Of a stretch of DNA of 24,280 nucleotides, positions 20,361-24,280 are shown piece after piece. The notes under the pieces are model-generated. The model was not told the origin of the DNA and made no database searches. It was given only the letters and a program-made list of their open reading frames with translations. The stretch comes from a virus (taxonomy: Duplodnaviria; Caudoviricetes), in IMG/VR virus record IMGVR_UViG_3300003580_000017, positions 1 to 24,280 of that record; one strand, written 5' to 3'. Within the stretch, counting starts at the first letter, position 1; every line of letters begins with the position of its first letter. The translations under genes were made by a program, and so were the position numbers.

Positions 20361-20405
20361 AAGAGGGGGCGCTGTTTCTAAAACACAGGTCTTTTGTACT
20401 CCCCC
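20361..20405 (-). ncRNA. Candidate small structured RNA element of unknown family
   Basis: GGGGG AGTACAAAAGAC CTGT GTTTTAGAA ACAG CG CCCCC TCTT: outer G5/C5 stem and inner CTGT/ACAG stem, ending 4 nt before tRNA-Asn. Confidence 0.35.
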
Positions 20406-20413
20406 ATATATTG

Positions 20414-20551
20414 TCAGTTTGACAACATTTCTACCACTTTAGAAGATTTTTGCAATTGTTGAATTGCTTTCAAAGTTTCCTCTGTTTCTTCCCATTCCCA
20501 TCTGTTGCCATTTTTATCAACTAATTGTCGTTTGGTTACTTTCAATTTCAT
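20414..20551 (-). CDS. Small hypothetical protein (45 aa, MKLKVTKRQLVDKNGNRWEWEETEETL...)
   Basis: ATG at 20551 just after tRNA-Ala, with protein-like composition. The longer 76-aa ORF in the track is an artefact of reading through tRNA-Ala. Confidence 0.65.
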   Translation of the reverse strand: MKLKVTKRQLVDKNGNRWEWEETEETLKAIQQLQKSSKVVEMLSN

Positions 20552-20567
20552 AATGTCAGATCGACAA

Positions 20568-20640
20568 TGGAGAATAGGAGACTCGAACTCCTGACATCCT
20601 GCTTGCAAAGCAGGCGCTCTACCAACTGAGCTAATTCCCC
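20568..20640 (-). tRNA. trnA: tRNA-Ala(TGC), CCA not encoded
   Basis: GGGGAAT TA GCTC AGTTGGTA GAGC G CCTGC TTTGCAA GCAGG ATGTC AGGAG TTCGAGT CTCCT ATTCTCC A, with the G3.U70 alanine determinant and A73. Confidence 0.97.
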
Positions 20641-20647
20641 GCATAAA

Positions 20648-20731
20648 TGGAGGGCAAGGGTATCTGCCTACGATAATCTACGATGCAGCATAGGGGACCC
20701 TTTATTTAATACAACGTTCCTGGTTGTACCC
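20648..20731 (-). ncRNA. Candidate 84-nt structured ncRNA of unknown family, ending in CCA
   Basis: Hairpin TACAAC/GTTGTA, nested stems AAGGGT/ACCCTT and CCTATG/CGTAGG, 3' end GCCCTCCA. Fills the gap between the tmRNA and tRNA-Ala. Confidence 0.45.
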
Positions 20732-20751
20732 AAAAAGGGGCATTGCACCCC
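20732..20751 (-). terminator. Short GC hairpin plus U5 at the tmRNA 3' end (terminator or processing stem)
   Basis: GGGGTGCAATGCCCC followed by TTTTT. The stem is short, so read-through is plausible. Confidence 0.45.
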
Positions 20752-20990
20752 AAAGAGTTATTGGATTAGAAGGATAACTTATCCCCCATCTCCCATTTAG
20801 GCAGCAACAGTGCTGCGGGAGAATGCTACGATATTATTCGCAGCGGAATCAGATGTGTTTGCATCTATGGTTTGCTTATCCAAGCAGGTTTCAGTAACAC
20901 TCCTTGTACCCCGTCGAAACCATGGCATCCCCGTGAATGGAGATGAGGGGAATCGAACCCCTGTCCGAAATGTAGGTGGCGTCACCTATT
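20732..20990 (-). ncRNA. ssrA: Circularly permuted (two-piece) tmRNA
   Basis: The acceptor piece comes first (...CGGAC AGGGG TTCGATT CCCCT CATCTCC A, A73 at 20938), then a 5-nt linker TTCAC, then the coding piece starting GGGGATGCCATGGTTTCGAC at 20932. The acceptor stem GGGGATG/CATCTCC has G3.U70. Inter-piece helices are CGGGGT/ATTTCG and GTGTTAC/GTGACGC. The tag frame ends ANNIVAFSRSTVAA-stop (20797), a cyanobacterial-type tag. Outer boundaries are approximate. Confidence 0.95.
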
Positions 20991-21006
20991 CTCTCAAAAG
21001 AGAGAA

Positions 21007-21080
21007 AGCCACTTACCCGACTTGAACGGGTGACCTGAAATTTACAAAATTCCTGCTCTATCCAGCTGAGCTAAAGTGGC
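21007..21080 (-). tRNA. trnT: tRNA-Thr(TGT), CCA not encoded
   Basis: GCCACTT TA GCTC AGCTGGATA GAGC A GGAAT TTTGTAA ATTTC AGGTC ACCCG TTCAAGT CGGGT AAGTGGC T: full cloverleaf. Confidence 0.96.
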
Positions 21081-21537
21081 GGATGAAGTCTAGGTGTCCC
21101 CAGTTGGACCCCCAGACTTTAGAGTTAGTGATCGGGTCGATTCCCGAGTCCATAACCCTGTATCGATTATAACCGAGGATGATGTCGTTTGTCAAGTAGG
21201 TTTTGACCCCTCTCCAATTGACCCAGCAGTTGCAATCGGTGTTGTGACCATGGAACTCGTCCCCGATCAACTCAAATATTGTATCACACCCATCCTTGTA
21301 TGTCAAACCATCTAGATGGAAATTTTTGACGCGAAATTTTTTGCCTTCTGGGCAAACTTGCATCTTAAATTCTCTATATGGTTTGCTTAGAGAATGGTGA
21401 TACGCTTGCTTACCATAAAACCAATCATCATCGATTCGTTCATGGGTAATGACAATCCTAGCATATCGAGTAGGATGTTTTAATGCTTGAAGTTCATTAT
21501 CAAAAATACCTTCAAGGTAATCATGAAAGAGAGTCAT
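21058..21537 (-). CDS. cpeT: CpcT/CpeT (T-type) phycobiliprotein lyase-like protein, copy 2 (159 aa)
   Basis: LEGIFDNxxQAxxxPxxYA, QAY...KPYR, GCD, CWV...YL and DxGxD...VWGS motifs of T-type lyases. The stop codon lies inside tRNA-Thr. Confidence 0.88.
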   Translation of the reverse strand: MTLFHDYLEGIFDNELQALKHPTRYARIVITHERIDDDWFYGKQAYHHSLSKPYREFKMQVCPEGKKFRVKNFHLDGLTYKDGCDTIFELIGDEFHGHNTDCNCWVNWRGVKTYLTNDIILGYNRYRVMDSGIDPITNSKVWGSNWGHLDFIRHFSSAG

Positions 21538-21817
21538 CAGGTAGTAGTTCTGGATTCACCAACTCAAGGTCAAATAGCAGCGGATGCATTGCTTCTTGAA
21601 TTAGATAGTCAGAATATTTATCGAGTTGCTCTATATCAAATTCTGGATTTAGTGCTGCTTCTGACTTAATCCAATGGTCTTCTAACTCTTCTTTTTCTAG
21701 GGTATCGAATGAAAATGGTAAATTTTCAATAAAAAACATTTTCACAATTGTCTCATAGTTCCCTGGGAATGAACAGAAAACATACTTAGATGTGAGAGTG
21801 TATCCTTTGAATGTCAT
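21521..21817 (-). CDS. Hypothetical acidic protein (98 aa)
   Basis: ATG preceded by purine-rich GGGGAG, packed between pebS and cpeT, and overlapping the cpeT start by 17 nt. Confidence 0.75.
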   Translation of the reverse strand: MTFKGYTLTSKYVFCSFPGNYETIVKMFFIENLPFSFDTLEKEELEDHWIKSEAALNPEFDIEQLDKYSDYLIQEAMHPLLFDLELVNPELLPDDSLS

Positions 21818-21847
21818 ATTCGATTGTTCTCCCCCCCTCTACCGAAA

Positions 21848-22486
21848 CTATTTATCGGCAAACGAAAACAAAAAATCATTTACATAACTTTCTGAAAACT
21901 CTTTGCCAAACTTGCTAGACATATATCCAGCAACTGGGTCCAAGTCTAGCATGTATTTGTCAAAATCACGGTAGACTGTAGTATCTTTCTTGGTTGGTCT
22001 AGCGAAGTGTAGTAGTTCTTCGTATGCCCTGATATATCGCTTGAATGGGTTTATGTGATTGGGAATCTCATCAACAGTACACTTCCTAACATAAATGTAT
22101 CTAGAGAAGTGATTACCTGCTTCAAAGAATCTAATATCTTTGTCAGTATTATCATACATATCACCCAGCAAGTATAAAATCACTGGGTGATTGAAGTCGT
22201 AGTGTGGTGTTGGATGCTGGAAATCGAATACAATGATGACTTTCTTCTCAAAGAAGCACATCAAGTCCATACCGAAACAGGGAAGATTTTCTCCTGTATT
22301 AGGATAAACAATATTGTTATAGATATCAGTTTGTCCATCACGAATCAGTGTCTCTCTAGACTTATAAATGTGTGGTCCAGTATATAATCTAGACCAAAGT
22401 TCTGCTGTATTGTTCGTTGCAGAAGTTTCTTCCTGAACTGATAGATTCAGGGTGTTTACTAAAAAATTCTGATAGTCATTCCACAT
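21848..22486 (-). CDS. pebS: Phycoerythrobilin synthase (ferredoxin-dependent bilin reductase), 212 aa
   Basis: DIYNNIVYPxTGxNLPCFGMDLM, KKVIIVFDFQHP, RFFExGNHFS, DFDxYMxxLDPVxGYM and VNDFLFS match phage PebS as I recall it, including the two catalytic Asp residues. ATG 22486 has a GGAGA Shine-Dalgarno and is preferred over TTG 22498. Confidence 0.92.
   Translation of the reverse strand: MWNDYQNFLVNTLNLSVQEETSATNNTAELWSRLYTGPHIYKSRETLIRDGQTDIYNNIVYPNTGENLPCFGMDLMCFFEKKVIIVFDFQHPTPHYDFNHPVILYLLGDMYDNTDKDIRFFEAGNHFSRYIYVRKCTVDEIPNHINPFKRYIRAYEELLHFARPTKKDTTVYRDFDKYMLDLDPVAGYMSSKFGKEFSESYVNDFLFSFADK
21849..21856 (-). promoter_or_regulatory. Possible late promoter (GATAAATA)
   Basis: ATAAATA core overlapping the pebS stop codon, about 30 nt upstream of the 98-aa gene. 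Confidence 0.55.
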
Positions 22487-22499
22487 AAAGTTCTCCAAA

Positions 22500-22574
22500 T
22501 ACCCGTGATCGGACTCGAACCGATACTGTCGAAATTTTAAGTTTCGTGTCTACTGCCAATTGGACTACACGGGC
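22500..22574 (-). tRNA. trnL: tRNA-Leu(TAA) with short variable loop, CCA not encoded
   Basis: GCCCGTG TA GTC CAATTGGCAGTA GAC A CGAAA CTTAAAA TTTCG ACAGT ATCGG TTCGAGT CCGAT CACGGGT A, with G1.U72 and A73. Confidence 0.92.
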
Positions 22575-23029
22575 ACACGATCAAACTCGTAGATTACATC
22601 GCTGCCCCATACTTTTTTGCTATGATTAGCAGTCCATCCTCGGTCACGACTTCTGTATTTACTACCGTCAAATTCTACCATACTTTCAACAAAACCACCA
22701 TTAACCATGCATTCTTTTGTTGCAACTTCACCTGTGTAAACAGTTCCGTTCCACTTGAATAGCATGTCACAGCATTGGTTGTGACCCTCCCAATTGACAC
22801 CCCAGTTTTGAACTCTGATGGTAGCATTGTCTTGCAATACTTTATGCCAACGGCGTCTGTATGGTTTCTCTTCACCCAGATAGTGATACCACTGCTTAGA
22901 CTCTAGTTCTGTGGGTCCTAATCTAGTCCAACGAATTTTTACATGTGCATACCTAGCGGGGTCTCTAGATGCTTGATTCCAACTGTCATACAGTCCCTCA
23001 AGTTTGTCACAAAAGTCAGTTGGGTTCAT
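22565..23029 (-). CDS. cpeT: CpcT/CpeT (T-type) phycobiliprotein lyase-like protein, copy 1 (154 aa)
   Basis: LEGLYDSWNQASRDPARYAHV, KQWY...KPYR, CDMLF, CMV and SRDRG...VWGS. The stop codon lies inside tRNA-Leu. Confidence 0.85.
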   Translation of the reverse strand: MNPTDFCDKLEGLYDSWNQASRDPARYAHVKIRWTRLGPTELESKQWYHYLGEEKPYRRRWHKVLQDNATIRVQNWGVNWEGHNQCCDMLFKWNGTVYTGEVATKECMVNGGFVESMVEFDGSKYRSRDRGWTANHSKKVWGSDVIYEFDRVPV

Positions 23030-23265
23030 ACGAACATACCCTTGTCACTCATGTACTTAAGAGTTTCCTTCAATGTGCCACGGTGATGTAAACCAATAGA
23101 AATCTGGGGATACTCTGCTGCTGGTCCAAATTCTGCTCTAAATTGTCTATCAGTAAAGTCAGGACCTAAGGTAAACTCTCTTACATCCTGACCACATGCC
23201 TCAAGAACCATGACTGCTCGTTCACATTCTTGACTGCCGTTACCATAAACTAGTGCTTGTATCAT
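23026..23265 (-). CDS. Glutaredoxin-like protein (79 aa) with SQEC in place of CxxC
   Basis: ALVYGNGSQECERAVMVL matches the beta1/alpha1 of the Grx fold, and YPQI is the cis-Pro motif. ATGA-coupled to its neighbours on both sides. Confidence 0.72.
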   Translation of the reverse strand: MIQALVYGNGSQECERAVMVLEACGQDVREFTLGPDFTDRQFRAEFGPAAEYPQISIGLHHRGTLKETLKYMSDKGMFV

Positions 23266-23450
23266 TTTTGTTTGTGATTGAATTCAATTACAATTTTTTC
23301 GTGAGTTGTTGTTTTATCAGAACAAGTGTAATGCTTTAATTCACCACCTAATATATTTACAATATTACTTAGTTGCTGCTCAACTACAAACTTCTTAAAC
23401 TCATCATTTATCCAACTTTTATTAGATCCTGGTGTATTAAAATCATTCAT
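23262..23450 (-). CDS. Hypothetical protein (62 aa, MNDFNTPGSNKSW...)
   Basis: ATG 23450 lies 2 nt after the upstream stop and is preferred over 23471. Its stop overlaps the next ATG. Confidence 0.72.
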   Translation of the reverse strand: MNDFNTPGSNKSWINDEFKKFVVEQQLSNIVNILGGELKHYTCSDKTTTHEKIVIEFNHKQK

Positions 23451-23452
23451 AA

Positions 23453-23764
23453 TCAATCTCTCTGCCGCCAATCATCAGGTTTGTCTTGTTTGAACCAATC
23501 GACGATCTCATCTGCTCCAGAGAATCCTGTGCGATAATTGGAAGGATCTGGATCACCTAAACCCATCTTGTTCATGAAATCGTCCACACTACCTTCTTCG
23601 ATACCCTTAGACTGTCTGCGTGCTTTACGCAACCATTCACGAGCAGTTGTATTTGCTTTAGACAACTTTTCTGCCCAGATCATGTCTGGGAGATCTACTG
23701 CTTCATTATTTGCGATCTTCTTACAAATGCCTCCTAAGCGAAGGCGATAGGCGGTAGAAAGCAT
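23453..23764 (-). CDS. Cyanophage-type hypothetical protein (103 aa)
   Basis: MLSTAYRLRL...DMIWAEKL...GLGDPDPSNY...DDWRQRD, tightly packed with its neighbours. Resembles a family I recall from T4-like cyanophages. Confidence 0.82.
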   Translation of the reverse strand: MLSTAYRLRLGGICKKIANNEAVDLPDMIWAEKLSKANTTAREWLRKARRQSKGIEEGSVDDFMNKMGLGDPDPSNYRTGFSGADEIVDWFKQDKPDDWRQRD

Positions 23765-23765
23765 G

Positions 23766-23963
23766 TTATTCTTCCGATAGATAGTGCTCTAGTTGGTTGA
23801 TCCTGGTAAACTCTTGATACGCTGCTTCAGAGCGCACATGAAGTACATCTCTAATATCGTCCATGATGAAACTGGGATCTATACCATCATCTAGATATTT
23901 ATCGATCGCTTCTTTGAGATATCGATATCTATGCCACTCAGGACTATATGGTTTATAGTGCAT
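23766..23963 (-). CDS. Hypothetical protein (65 aa, MHYKPYSPEWHRYRYL...)
   Basis: ATG 23963 lies downstream of the predicted promoter. The track's start at 24014 falls inside the terminator and the -35 box. Confidence 0.75.
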   Translation of the reverse strand: MHYKPYSPEWHRYRYLKEAIDKYLDDGIDPSFIMDDIRDVLHVRSEAAYQEFTRINQLEHYLSEE

Positions 23964-23985
23964 AATATGGGGCTCATATGCCAAC

Positions 23986-24014
23986 AGTATAGTACAAAAA
24001 AAGAGGGGCGTCAA
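23986..24014 (-). promoter_or_regulatory. Sigma70-type (early) promoter TTGACG-N17-TATACT
   Basis: -35 at 24014-24009, -10 at 23991-23986, exact 17-bp spacer. Confidence 0.75.
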
Positions 24015-24023
24015 GCACCCCTC
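23996..24023 (-). terminator. Rho-independent terminator
   Basis: GAGGGGTG CTTGA CGCCCCTC followed by T7, 23 nt after the stop of the upstream gene. Confidence 0.88.
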
Positions 24024-24046
24024 AATTTTATGTTATGGTGTCAGAA

Positions 24047-24280
24047 TCAGAAGAAATACTTCAGACCGACCTTAGTGCCATATCCACGGTCAACGCTGGA
24101 AGAACCAGAACCTTGGAAGGAGACTTCACCATATGCACCCAGGGCATCGGTCAGAGAAACGCCCAGACCTGCCTTACCCGAAGGAACGGTGTCAACTTCA
24201 CCGCTGTCAGGGGAGACGACAGAAGCGCCTGCCTGAACATAGTAGGAAGCGGATTCACCGATAGGACCCTCGTAGCCCAC
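24047..24280 (-). CDS. Outer-membrane beta-barrel-like protein, C-terminal part (5' end outside the window)
   Basis: Alternating amphipathic strands (SYYVQAGASVV, GKAGLGVSL, LGAYGEVSF, YGTKVGLKYFF) and a terminal Y-x-F, as in the BAM beta-signal. Confidence 0.7.
   Translation of the reverse strand: MGYEGPIGESASYYVQAGASVVSPDSGEVDTVPSGKAGLGVSLTDALGAYGEVSFQGSGSSSVDRGYGTKVGLKYFF

Noticed and set aside
20552-20644. N-terminal extension of the 76-aa ORF (MRGISSVGRAPALQAG...)
   Set aside because: This is the translation of tRNA-Ala. The plausible start is ATG 20551.
20797-20985. 62-aa ORF MTPPTFRTG...ANNIVAFSRSTVAA as a protein-coding gene
   Set aside because: It runs through the tmRNA T-arm and acceptor stem. 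Only the last 21 codons are meaningful, as the tmRNA tag.
21848-22486. Assignment as pcyA or host pebA/pebB
   Set aside because: The motifs (LPCFGMDLM, KVIIVFDFQHP, GNHFS) match my recollection of phage PebS much better. A phylogeny would confirm this.
21058-22567. TAG stop-codon reassignment as the explanation for cpeT ends inside tRNAs
   Set aside because: pebS also ends in TAG at its expected C-terminus, long genes are intact under the standard code and no suppressor anticodon is present in the window.
20285-22574. tRNAs or tmRNA as a prophage attachment site or host chromosome junction
   Set aside because: Phage-type genes lie on both sides. I saw no integrase and no duplicated tRNA 3' end.
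23964-24014. TTG start at 24014 for the 82-aa ORF
   Set aside because: It coincides with the -35 box and terminator loop. ATG 23963 fits the predicted transcript.

Overview
This window is part of a T4-like cyanophage (marine Synechococcus/Prochlorococcus-type myovirus) genome, and every supported gene lies on the minus strand. In transcription order (right to left): the end of a beta-barrel-like outer-membrane protein gene, a terminator with an embedded sigma70-type promoter, small hypothetical genes and a glutaredoxin-like gene. Next is a bilin module (cpeT-like lyase, tRNA-Leu, pebS, hypothetical gene, second cpeT-like lyase). Then comes an RNA cluster: tRNA-Thr, a circularly permuted two-piece tmRNA, an unassigned structured element, tRNA-Ala, a small ORF, a second element and tRNA-Asn. 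A perfect T4 late promoter then precedes a structural block: a 4052-aa virion protein, three tail-collar paralogs, a tail-fibre chaperone and a partial ORF. The strongest candidate for a new system is the 4052-aa protein. It carries six phycobiliprotein-like helical domains, each with a Cys matching the alpha84/beta82 bilin site and, in an apparently nested arrangement, a Cys matching the beta153/155 site. That second site is the one T-type lyases act on, and the gene sits next to pebS and two T-type lyases, suggesting a possibly bilin-pigmented virion protein. A second notable pattern is that both cpeT stop codons lie inside downstream tRNAs, so RNase P processing would create non-stop mRNAs, next to a phage tmRNA with an extended tag. 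All family assignments come from motif recognition by eye; no searches were run.
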